64,000 nucleotides of DNA from an uncultured Acidimicrobiales bacterium (GTDB lineage Bacteria; Actinomycetota; Acidimicrobiia; Acidimicrobiales; CALAML01). Positions 1-7,968 of the stretch are shown here, piece after piece (the first letter of the stretch is position 1; each line of letters opens with the position of its first letter). The stretch spans positions 8,235 through 72,234 of the forward strand of contig CALAML010000150.1 in assembly GCA_937925845.1 (NCBI GenBank). Reading direction: 5' to 3'. A model generated the notes under the pieces. The model searched no databases. It worked only from the letters and a program-made list of their open reading frames with translations, and was not told the origin of the DNA. A program made the position numbers and the translations under genes.

Positions 1-1721
1 CGGACCGCAGCCCCGCCACCACCACCGCCGACCAGGGGTTGTACCCCACCGCCACCACCAAGGGTCACGCCTCCGGTCGGGCTACACGTTCGCGTGGCCC
101 GACTGCCGTTACCGGCGACGGTCACCACGCGATAGCGGTAGGTACCGGCCCGTACGCCGGTGTTATTGAAGCTGGTGCCCGAGTTGGTGCCAGCCCACAG
201 GAAGGAGCCACCGTTGCGGGACCGCTCGACGATGAACCGCGAGGCGTTGTCGTTCCCCGCCCGGTTCCAGGTCACGTTGATTGCACTGCCACCGTTGGCC
301 GAGGCTGAGCAGCTCGCAGGAGCGACTGCGGCTCCGCCGCCACCACCGCCGCCGTTGTCGGGGCACTGGCGCACGAGGGCGTTCACTGACCGCCCTCCGG
401 CCTGGGTCATGTCACCGCCAAACCAGACACAGCCATCGGAAGCAGCCTTGATGGCCCACGGCCCGGCGCGGCCCCGAAACTCCGGCTGGTACGAGGCGTC
501 GTAGCGGGCGGTGGTGGCGTTGAAGGCCATCGCCAATCGAACCCGTTGGGACTGACCAGTAAACCCACCGGTGAAGGAACTCTTGATATCGACACCACAG
601 TGACAGCTGGCGTAGATGGTGTTGCCAACCCGTTCGATGGCCTGGAAGTCGCCGCCACCCGGACCGACCTGGGCAAACCCGGTGTAGTGCCAACCAAAGA
701 CTGACAAGTCGTTGGCGTTCAGCGTCCAGAGCGTGTGCTCCGAACCGGCCACCCACACGAAGTTCCCGGTAGCGAGTACGTCGTAGTGGAACGTGGTTTC
801 GAAGAGACCTTCGGGTGATGGGAGCGGGAACGGGTTGTTCACACCGTTGGTGGCGCCACCGCTGTGGTTGACCACCGCGAAGTTGGCGGTGTCAGCCGAA
901 CCATTCACGCTGTTGAAGAAGCCAACCAGGTACACGCGATTACGGCCAGCGTCGGCATCGATGCCTCGAACCGTTCCGCCCTGCACCCGCGGTCGCCACG
1001 AGCGGTCGATCACACCGCTGTTGGCCGACGCTCGCAATACGCTGCTCGCCGCGAACGACCCGGTGCTGTCGCTGGCGGTGGTAAAGAACCCGCCGAGATA
1101 CACAAAGCCATCACTGTCGACGTGAACATCGCGCACGGTTACCGCACTGCTGTTGCCGCCCACCTGCAACGAGTATCCGTTGCTGATGGCGCCGCTGCTG
1201 TTCAGGGCCACAAACGAGTTTCGGCTCTGGCCGTTCACCTGGGTGAACTTGCCACCAACCAACAACTGGTTGCCGTTCGGCGTGGCCTCGATCGACCAGA
1301 CCGGACCGTTCAGGTTGGGCCGAAACGAACTGATCCATTCGCCGGTGCTCGCGGAGAATGCGGCCAGGAACTGCTGGTTAACTTGGCTGCCGTTGGCCCG
1401 CACCACCTGCTGGAAGCGACCGCCGACATAGATTCGGTTTCCGATCTGTTCGATGGTCCACACCTCGGCGATGGGCGTGCCGGGTCCACTTTGTGAGTCG
1501 AGGCCAGCAACACCGTCGGCGTTCCTGGGAGCCGGGTTGAGCTGCGCGGCGGCTGGCGACAGGTTGCCGCCAACCAGCAACGCCATGGCGGCAACGACAA
1601 ACGCCACTACTACCTGGGCCAACAACCGCTGGCCACCGCGGCGCGAGGTGCGGTCAGGGGTGGAAACACCTGGTTTGGCATCTCGGCTGGTCTTCGGAGC
1701 TTTGGCAACGCGGAACAACAT
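1..1721 (-). CDS. secreted repeat protein (beta-propeller-like repeats, Gly-run linker, C-terminal FN3-like domain); 3' end runs off the window
   Basis: My own minus-strand translation from ATG 1721..1719 (GAGGTG just upstream) stays open to position 1. It is absent from the ORF track because no stop lies in the window. MLFRVAKAPK...RLLAQVVVAFVVAAMALLVGG is a signal/anchor. Recurring units such as 'VWSIEATPNGNQLLVGGKFTQVNGQSRNSFVALN' follow, then GGGGGGG, then 'INVTWNRAGNDNASRFIVERSRNGG...GTYRYRVVTV' (FN3-like). Confidence 0.75.
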   Translation of the reverse strand, partial: MLFRVAKAPKTSRDAKPGVSTPDRTSRRGGQRLLAQVVVAFVVAAMALLVGGNLSPAAAQLNPAPRNADGVAGLDSQSGPGTPIAEVWTIEQIGNRIYVGGRFQQVVRANGSQVNQQFLAAFSASTGEWISSFRPNLNGPVWSIEATPNGNQLLVGGKFTQVNGQSRNSFVALNSSGAISNGYSLQVGGNSSAVTVRDVHVDSDGFVYLGGFFTTASDSTGSFAASSVLRASANSGVIDRSWRPRVQGGTVRGIDADAGRNRVYLVGFFNSVNGSADTANFAVVNHSGGATNGVNNPFPLPSPEGLFETTFHYDVLATGNFVWVAGSEHTLWTLNANDLSVFGWHYTGFAQVGPGGGDFQAIERVGNTIYASCHCGVDIKSSFTGGFTGQSQRVRLAMAFNATTARYDASYQPEFRGRAGPWAIKAASDGCVWFGGDMTQAGGRSVNALVRQCPDNGGGGGGGAAVAPASCSASANGGSAINVTWNRAGNDNASRFIVERSRNGGSFLWAGTNSGTSFNNTGVRAGTYRYRVVTVAGNGSRATRTCSPTGGVTLGGGGGVQPLVGGGGGGAAV

Positions 1722-1939
1722 GGTTCACCTCGTTCGGGGGATGAATCGAGCGACCGAACACGCAAACAAGAGATCCGGATTCAAGCCGCCGAGCATGGAT
1801 CGATGGCGAGCCTCGCGAGGCTTGCCTAACGTCGTTCCGGACACTAGTCCGACATCCGATTGCAGGAAAGTCAGAACCGCGGCCGATGGCCACGCCTTAG
1901 GCAACGTTCCCAGGCCCCGCCTGCACCGGATCCCGGCCG

Positions 1940-2716
1940 CTACGGGCGCATCACATGGTTCACCATCTCGCCACCGTCTCGATGCAGGCGCTTTGGTGAG
2001 ACACCAGCAAAGTGCACCACCTCCCGAGTCAGGTGCGCCTGATCGGCCAAACCAAGCTCCGCGGCCAACACCGCCAACGGTGGTGCGCCGCGATGTCGCA
2101 TGGCCGAGACCGAACGGTTAAAGCGACAGACGCGTTCGTAGTGCTTCATACCCACCCCCACCGAACGACGGAAACTGGGCACCAAACGCCGACGGTCCAC
2201 CCCCAGCATCCCTGGTACCGCCACCGCCGCCGCCCCCAAGCGGATGGCGCGTTCGGCTTCGAAAATCGACGGAATCAAGGCGCGGGGGCCAGCCAACATC
2301 GGCGATGCTGACCCCGCGCGCCCCTTAAGGAGCGCAGTCTCAAGCTCAGCGAGACCAGCGGGGCCGGCCAGGCTCGAGAGGCGCTCGACCAGCGACCCAA
2401 ACGACCACACCGCTTCCAATGGCACCGTGTCGTCGGATGATTCGTCGCCACCAACGGCCAGAAGCACCGCGGCGGCCCCAGCCACCAACGACACACCCCA
2501 GGCCCGCTGGTCGGTGCGCCGCTCGATCAACTCGGCGCGCGTCTTCGGCCCAACAAAAAGGGACCGGTCTTCGCTCAGAATCAGCTGGGCCCGACAAGTA
2601 GGCAGGATCCACTCGCTAGCCACAGGGTGATCTCCAGGCTCGGGCTCAACCGACCAGAGACGATCAACCAAACCCGCTAACCGGGGATCCCGAGGGGCCC
2701 GCGAAACCAACCGCAT
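1940..2716 (-). CDS. AraC-family transcriptional regulator
   Basis: ORF 1940..2785. The C-terminal AraC HTH is 'LAAELGLADQAHLTREVVHFAGVSPKRL'. I prefer the start at Met24 (ATG 2716) because the 2785 start would sit back-to-back (CCATGG) with the divergent gene at 2784. Confidence 0.8.
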   Translation of the reverse strand: MRLVSRAPRDPRLAGLVDRLWSVEPEPGDHPVASEWILPTCRAQLILSEDRSLFVGPKTRAELIERRTDQRAWGVSLVAGAAAVLLAVGGDESSDDTVPLEAVWSFGSLVERLSSLAGPAGLAELETALLKGRAGSASPMLAGPRALIPSIFEAERAIRLGAAAVAVPGMLGVDRRRLVPSFRRSVGVGMKHYERVCRFNRSVSAMRHRGAPPLAVLAAELGLADQAHLTREVVHFAGVSPKRLHRDGGEMVNHVMRP

Positions 2717-2783
2717 CAACCCCACAGTACTGATCGGGCCGCTCCGGCGGGGATAACGGCGCGCCCGCAGGGTATTCTGGGCC

Positions 2784-3572
2784 ATGGTTCAGCTGATTGC
2801 GCAGCTCTCCGATGTGCACCTTGGCGGCAGGACAGCCGGTAGCGGCGAACGATTCTCCCAAGCCATCGACGAGATCAACTCGATGACCCGACCACCGCAG
2901 CTGGTGGTGATGACCGGCGACATCACCGAAGACGGCACCGACGAACAATGGGCCGAGTTTGAAGAACGGGTCGCCGCCCTCTCGGTGCCCTGGGAAGTCA
3001 TCGCCGGCAACCACGATCGTGCCGTCGACAATCTCCGCGGGCATCGGACCACCACGACGGGAACGCTTCGACTGATCCTGCTCGATACCAGCAGCGATGA
3101 GTTCACCGCAGACGACGCCGACTGGCTCGACGCCGAACTGGGCTCCGACGACTCCCGCACCGTGGTGGCTATCCATCAGCCACCCTTCGAAACCGGTCTC
3201 TGGTGGATGGACGCCGTCGGCCTGGCCGGAGGCGACCGCTTCGAAGCGGTCATCCGCCGCCACCCTCATGTGGAGCTGGTCATGTGCGGCCACGTCCACC
3301 GCCCCATCACCACGAACTGGGGAGGCTGCGCCGTGTTTGTGTGCCCCTCCACCGAGTCCGCAGCAGCGATCGACTTCGACCCCAAGCACGAACCCGCCAC
3401 CACCGCCGAAGCGCCAACCATCGCCATGCACGCCTTCACCGAAACCAGCGTGATCAGCCATATCCTGCCGATCGGACCAGCCGCCGACCGCTCCATGATC
3501 AGCCAGACCTCGCCCGACTTCGTCGAATGGGTCAGAGAAAAGAACCAAACCCGCCCGACCGACTTCAGCTAG
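2784..3572 (+). CDS. metallophosphoesterase (calcineurin-like, CpdA-type)
   Basis: Motifs SDVHLG, GDITEDG, GNHD and CGHVH occur in the canonical order. Confidence 0.85.
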   Translation: MVQLIAQLSDVHLGGRTAGSGERFSQAIDEINSMTRPPQLVVMTGDITEDGTDEQWAEFEERVAALSVPWEVIAGNHDRAVDNLRGHRTTTTGTLRLILLDTSSDEFTADDADWLDAELGSDDSRTVVAIHQPPFETGLWWMDAVGLAGGDRFEAVIRRHPHVELVMCGHVHRPITTNWGGCAVFVCPSTESAAAIDFDPKHEPATTAEAPTIAMHAFTETSVISHILPIGPAADRSMISQTSPDFVEWVREKNQTRPTDFS

Positions 3573-4345
3573 CGATCCAACACCAACGAGAACTCCATGA
3601 CCGCTTCGGTGGTATCGCCGATCGTGGCTCCGAAGTCTTCCAGCTCGATGTCGGACGAGCCGACAATGACCAACTGCTCGCCCACGATGGTGCCGTCGAG
3701 GTTGATGGTGAGCGGCTGGGTGACCTCCTTGACGGTGAGCTCGCCGGTGATCTCAAAGGCCACGAGGGCATCGGCCACCGGACCATCCTCGGGCAGGTCG
3801 AGATCGATCGGCTTGGTCAACACAAACGAGCTGTCGGGAAACCGGTCGGTCTCCAAGCCCTCGTCGCTCAGATGATCATCCCGCAAGGAGCTGTCGCTCT
3901 CGAGAGCAGCGAGATTGGCATCGATCGTCACCTCGGTCACCACCGACTCCTCGATGACCACCGAACCCTCGACCTCCGGCGACCGCCCCACGGCCAAACC
4001 CGCGGCGCTGTCGGCCCGATATCCAACAAAGGTCGATTCGGTCGGCGTCACCGTCCACACCCCATCGATCGAACCAACACCTTGGGTTGGGGCCTCGGAC
4101 GTCACCGTGGTCTCAGTGCTCTCACTTGTCTCGGTAGGAGCCGTGGTCTCGCTTGTCGTTGGCTCGCTTGTTGGCGCAGACTGCTCCTGCTCTTCGGCTA
4201 CCGCGGCTGCGGTCTCCTGCAGGCTGACCTCCTCGGGCTCAGCGGAGAACAACCCCAGCAGCCAGGCGACACCGGCGAGGGCAGCTACCACCACCACGGC
4301 TCCGACTCCTGCGAACCACCGGAGCTTTGAACGCCTAGCACTCAT
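3569..4345 (-). CDS. YceI-family protein with N-terminal membrane anchor and Thr/Glu/Ser-rich linker
   Basis: ORF 3569..4360. TM segment WFAGVGAVVVVAALAGVAWLLGLF. The C-terminal ~170 aa are YceI-like ('WTVTPTESTFVGYRA...FEITGELTVKEVTQPL'). AGGTGG lies 11 nt upstream of ATG 4345. Confidence 0.75.
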   Translation of the reverse strand: MSARRSKLRWFAGVGAVVVVAALAGVAWLLGLFSAEPEEVSLQETAAAVAEEQEQSAPTSEPTTSETTAPTETSESTETTVTSEAPTQGVGSIDGVWTVTPTESTFVGYRADSAAGLAVGRSPEVEGSVVIEESVVTEVTIDANLAALESDSSLRDDHLSDEGLETDRFPDSSFVLTKPIDLDLPEDGPVADALVAFEITGELTVKEVTQPLTINLDGTIVGEQLVIVGSSDIELEDFGATIGDTTEAVMEFSLVLDR

Positions 4346-4568
4346 GACGGCTTCAACCACCTGGGCCGCTTAGGTAGTCCCGGCCGGTAATTCGTTTGGC
4401 CGAAACGTTCGCCACCTCTACCTTCAGACGTGGCCCCGGTGGCGCCAGAGGCGGAAGGCACATGGTTGGCTACGGCGGTTCGACTCCGCCCTTGGACCCA
4501 CTCCTATCTGAGTAGTTCCGTCCCTCACATCGCTCGCCACTCCGGGGCCACCTTTCTTACCCAACAGC

Positions 4569-4624
4569 AATCCCGCACTATCAATCCCGCACTATCGATC
4601 CCGCACTATCAATCCCGCACTGCG
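4569..4624 (+). repeat. 14-bp direct tandem repeat (AATCCCGCACTATC), about 4 copies, in the SPFH gene leader
   Basis: Copies at 4569-4582, 4583-4596, 4597-4610 (G at first base) and 4611-4624 (diverged 3' end forming CCCGCACTGCGGG). The array ends 17 nt before ATG 4641 and abuts the GGGGAGGTG Shine-Dalgarno. Confidence 0.9.
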
Positions 4625-4640
4625 GGGAGGTGAAACCACC

Positions 4641-5507
4641 ATGACCACCACTACCCAGAACCCCAATGTCAAGAACCCCAATCGAGACGTCATCATCAGC
4701 GATACCCACCGCGGCCTTCGCTACGAGGACGGCCGACTGACCGATGTCCTTGAGGCCGGCCGCCACGGTCTGCCCCGCAAGCGGTGGTTCGGACCGACCC
4801 CGCTGGTGGAGATCCGCCTGGTCGACATGCGTGAGCGCGAGTTCACCATCAAGGGCCAGGAGATCCTGACGTCGGACAAGGTGGCGGTGCGAGTATCGAT
4901 CGTCACCCAGTTCCGGGTCACCGACCCGGTCGCCTGCTCGGAGCGCGTCGCCTCCTACGAAGACCGGCTCTACTCCGACGTGCAGCTGGCGGCCCGCCGG
5001 TCGCTGGCCACCATGACACTGGAGGCCATCCTCACCAACCGCAACCAGCTGTCGGAAGACATCCTGGCTGAGGTCACCGGTGTGGCCGCCGGATACGGCG
5101 TGGCGATCCTGCGTTCCGACGTGAAGGATCTCGTGTTTCCCGGCAACCTGCAGTCGATCATGAACCAGGTACTGTCGGCCGAGCGACTGGCTGAGGCGCA
5201 GCTGGTCGAAGCTCGAACCGCAGCCGAAAAGGCCAAAATCGAGTCCGAGGCCCAGCTCGAGACCCAGCTGGGGGCAATGCGGGTTCGCATCGAAGCCGAG
5301 AAGCTGGCGGCCGAGTCTGATGCCGAGATCGCCCGGCTCAAGGCCGAGGCCGACGCCGACGAGCTCCGACTGCGAGCCGAAGGCGCCGAGGCCTACGCCG
5401 AGAACCCGGCACTGCTGCGAATCCGTGAGCTCGAGGCCGTAGAGGCCCTGGGCACCAACGGAAACGCCCGCATCTACCTCGGCGTAGACCGCCACGCCGA
5501 CTCGTAA
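4641..5507 (+). CDS. SPFH/band-7 (slipin/prohibitin-like) domain protein with C-terminal coiled coil
   Basis: Band-7 core 'VRVSIVTQFRVTDP...ILRSDVKDLVFP', then an Ala/Glu-rich helical tail. Strong RBS GGGGAGGTG. Confidence 0.85.
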   Translation: MTTTTQNPNVKNPNRDVIISDTHRGLRYEDGRLTDVLEAGRHGLPRKRWFGPTPLVEIRLVDMREREFTIKGQEILTSDKVAVRVSIVTQFRVTDPVACSERVASYEDRLYSDVQLAARRSLATMTLEAILTNRNQLSEDILAEVTGVAAGYGVAILRSDVKDLVFPGNLQSIMNQVLSAERLAEAQLVEARTAAEKAKIESEAQLETQLGAMRVRIEAEKLAAESDAEIARLKAEADADELRLRAEGAEAYAENPALLRIRELEAVEALGTNGNARIYLGVDRHADS

Positions 5508-5514
5508 GGGTTGG

Positions 5515-5901
5515 CTAGTTGTAGCTGACGATCTCGTATTCGATGCCGTCGTGATCGTGGAAGTAATACCGGCGGCCGGGTTCGTAGTCCCCATGTGTAT
5601 GGGTCTCGTACCCGGCCGCCAGAATCTTCGCCTCGATGGCGTCGAGATCATCAACCAACAGGGCGATGTGGTTGAGGTTGCCGAGGCTGCCTCGTGGCGC
5701 CATCGGTTCCGGTTCGGAATCGGTGGTGTAAATCGCCAGGTAGTCATCGCCGTTCTCGGGCCCACCCACATGGATGGTGCGGCCACCGAGTAGCGACTCG
5801 CCCTTCCACCGAATAGTCCAGCCGAAAACATCGACCAGCATCGCAGCTGTCCGCTCGGGATCGGTCACGGTCACGTTTACGTGTTCAAGTGTTGTTGCCA
5901 T
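5515..5901 (-). CDS. VOC/glyoxalase-family protein, probable SoxR target
   Basis: ORF 5515..5922. 'LEHVNVTVTD...LNHIALLVDDLD...YFHDHDGIEYEIV' is a VOC fold signature. I place the start at Met8 (ATG 5901) because the SoxR-type promoter predicts a transcript beginning there. Confidence 0.8.
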   Translation of the reverse strand: MATTLEHVNVTVTDPERTAAMLVDVFGWTIRWKGESLLGGRTIHVGGPENGDDYLAIYTTDSEPEPMAPRGSLGNLNHIALLVDDLDAIEAKILAAGYETHTHGDYEPGRRYYFHDHDGIEYEIVSYN

Positions 5902-5916
5902 GACTCTGTTGTAATA

Positions 5917-5934
5917 TCTCAAGTAATGTTGAGG
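5917..5934. promoter_or_regulatory. SoxR box inside overlapping divergent promoters
   Basis: The minus strand reads gcTTGACCTCAAcattaCTTGAGatatTACAACagagtcATG. That is a -35 TTGACC fused to the inverted repeat CCTCAA-n6-TTGAGA, a 19-bp spacer and a -10-like TACAAC 6 nt before ATG 5901. On the plus strand, TAATAT (5912-5917) lies 8 nt before the soxR ATG at 5926. Confidence 0.75.
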
Positions 5935-6408
5935 TCAAGCGATTCTTCAAAATATTCACCGGAGCATCTGCTCACGATCGGGGCCGTCGCCGAGCGAACC
6001 GGCATGGCGGTGTCGGCCATCCGCTTTTACGAGGAGCAGGGCCTGGTCGAAGCGATCCGCGCCAAGTCGGGCCACCGCCGGTTCCGACGCAGCACCATCC
6101 GCCGACTGTCGTTTATTCGCGTCTGCCAGACACTCGGCTACACGTTGGGCGAGATCCGAGACCAACTCGACCACCTGCCAGAGGGCCGCACCCCAACCGA
6201 AGCCGACTGGTCGGCCATGGCCGAAGGCTTCCGCGGCGAAATCGATGAACGCATCCAGGGCCTGGAAGCACTCCGGGACCGCCTTGAGGGCTGCATCGGA
6301 TGCGGCTGCCTGTCACTCGAACTCTGCGCCATCCTCAACACCGAGGACGTTGCGGTCAACCTGGGCAGCGGCCCCCGATGGCTCCTCGGCGACACGCCCG
6401 AGATCTAG
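5926..6408 (+). CDS. soxR: redox-sensitive MerR-family activator SoxR
   Basis: MerR HTH 'LTIGAVAERTGMAVSAIRFYEEQGLV' plus the diagnostic [2Fe-2S] motif CIGCGCLSLELC near the C-terminus. The start is uncertain: the ORF opens at 5881, and ATG 5926 avoids overlapping the VOC gene. Confidence 0.9.
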   Translation: MLRSSDSSKYSPEHLLTIGAVAERTGMAVSAIRFYEEQGLVEAIRAKSGHRRFRRSTIRRLSFIRVCQTLGYTLGEIRDQLDHLPEGRTPTEADWSAMAEGFRGEIDERIQGLEALRDRLEGCIGCGCLSLELCAILNTEDVAVNLGSGPRWLLGDTPEI

Positions 6409-6542
6409 GAGTCTCCTAGGTTGGATCGCCCGCCGACCCATCGAAGATGGGTTGAAGCTTCTTGGCGGCCAAACCACTCAGGCCCAACGACGCCACCAGC
6501 GCAATCAAACGACGAATCGACATGGCTCAAGCCTAATGGTGA

Positions 6543-7358
6543 ATGATTGGCGCTATGGATGACGAGCCGGTTCTGGTTGCCAAACGGGACGATGGTGTGG
6601 CAGTGGTGTCGATCAACGACGATCCGCTTAACCGGATGTCTTTGGAGTTTGTTGACCGTATGGAAGAAGTGGTGGCCGACATCGCCAGCGACGATGCAGT
6701 GAGGGCCTTTGTGATCACGGCGGAGGGCACCACCAACTTTTCGGTGGGGATGAACCTCAAGCAGTTGGGTGCTGGCGTCGCCGCGGCGGGCGACATCGAT
6801 GCCTTCTTTGACCAGCGGCTGCGGCTGATCGGCGCCATCGAGACCATGGGCAAACCGTCGGTGGCCACCTTGTTCGGCTACTGCCTTGGCGGCGGGCTCG
6901 AACTCCCCCTCGGCTGCACTTTTCGCCTGGCGGCCACGGAAGGGGCCAGGATCGGCTTACCGGAAATGGACCTGGGCAGCGTTCCGGCCTGGGGCGGGAG
7001 CGCGCGCTTGGCCAAGTGCGTGGGCCGAGACGCGGCGCTCGACATGATCCTGCGGGCCAAGAAGATTAGCGGGCCGGAAGCACTCGCCATCGGCCTGGTG
7101 AGCGAGATTTGGCCGGTGGACGAACTCAAGGACAAAGCAATAGCCCTGGCCGCCGAACTTGCCGCTCAACCCCGGCTGGCGGTCGAGGCCATGCTCGACG
7201 CGCTGCATGACGCCGAAGACAAGACGCTCGCGGAACTCCTCGCCGCGGAACGGCGAGGAGTGCACAAAACGATGGGTACCCCGGACGCTACCGAGGGGAT
7301 GATGGCGTTTCTCGAAAAGCGGGATCCGGTGTTCAACCAAAACCCGGCTGATGACTAG
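6543..7358 (+). CDS. enoyl-CoA hydratase/isomerase (crotonase) family protein
   Basis: 'FVITAEGTTNFSVGMNL', 'GYCLGGGLELPLGC' and 'GLPEMDLGSVPAWGGSARL' are crotonase-fold oxyanion-hole signatures. Confidence 0.85.
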   Translation: MIGAMDDEPVLVAKRDDGVAVVSINDDPLNRMSLEFVDRMEEVVADIASDDAVRAFVITAEGTTNFSVGMNLKQLGAGVAAAGDIDAFFDQRLRLIGAIETMGKPSVATLFGYCLGGGLELPLGCTFRLAATEGARIGLPEMDLGSVPAWGGSARLAKCVGRDAALDMILRAKKISGPEALAIGLVSEIWPVDELKDKAIALAAELAAQPRLAVEAMLDALHDAEDKTLAELLAAERRGVHKTMGTPDATEGMMAFLEKRDPVFNQNPADD

Positions 7359-7765
7359 TCGTTCGTGCCCTGCAGATCGTGGTCGGAGTCGAGGCGAACC
7401 TCGGCCTGACTGCGGGCCACCTTGGCCATCACCTCGCTGACATCGACCGAGCCGGTAATGGCCTCCATCACGTCATCACTGTGGACCAGCTCATGGAAGT
7501 CCAGCAGATCGTCGTGATCGATCATCGGCCCGCTTGGGCGTTCCTTGATCTCTGCGGGCATATGCCACACCGTGGACTGGACTCCGGCCCGCACCAGCAT
7601 GTCGACGGTTCTGGAAGCCACCGGCTTCACCATCACCATTTCGCAGTGCGGACACCGGAAGTAATACGTACTCGTGTCGTCGGCAGACGAAGTGCGCACC
7701 TTCACATCTGCCACTGTCAGTTCCAGCTCGCCGCAGTCGATGCAGCTCGCTCGGATAATTGCCAC
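7355..7765 (-). CDS. hypothetical zinc-ribbon protein
   Basis: CIDC...(22 aa)...CPHC pairs. GGGAG RBS 6 nt upstream. Overlaps the crotonase stop by 4 nt. Confidence 0.6.
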   Translation of the reverse strand: MAIIRASCIDCGELELTVADVKVRTSSADDTSTYYFRCPHCEMVMVKPVASRTVDMLVRAGVQSTVWHMPAEIKERPSGPMIDHDDLLDFHELVHSDDVMEAITGSVDVSEVMAKVARSQAEVRLDSDHDLQGTND

Positions 7766-7968
7766 TGTTTGCTCCCGAGATCATCATTGAGGTTGTACAA
7801 GATTGCGCCTCCTCCGGCGCCGAACCACTCTGTCGGCTCCTCGCCAATTCAGTTGAGCCAATCGACAGAGAATCACCAAGAATTCCCGCGCTTGAGGGAA
7901 CCGAAGCCCCCACCACTGCGTCTCATGCGAGACACCTGCCGCGAACCAACCGACGAAGCGAGAGCAAT

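Noticed and set aside
4361-4640. Possible tmRNA or complete tRNA around the T-arm-like sequence at 4474-4490.
   Set aside because: No 5' acceptor strand, D-arm or anticodon arm could be paired. The intergenic space (280 nt) lacks a tmRNA-like 5' GGGG...acceptor or tag reading frame.
6416-6523. 35-codon minus-strand ORF (MSIRRLIALVASLGLSGLAAKKLQPIFDGSAGDPT) between soxR and the crotonase gene.
   Set aside because: It is hydrophobic-peptide-like, but it is short, has a weak RBS and I could not check conservation. I did not list it as a feature.
7759-7968. N-terminal extensions offered by the longest-ORF track: 7759 for the RTX protein, 10208 for the MFS gene, 18950 for the GT-A gene, 29256 for radical-SAM B, 61942 for glnR, 12792 for the sigma factor, 5881 and 5922 for soxR and VOC, 25809 for the B12 radical-SAM gene.
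   Set aside because: The extensions overlap the upstream gene in another frame or are Arg/Pro-rich. Internal starts coincide with upstream stops (ATGA/TGATG) or have Shine-Dalgarno-like sequences.
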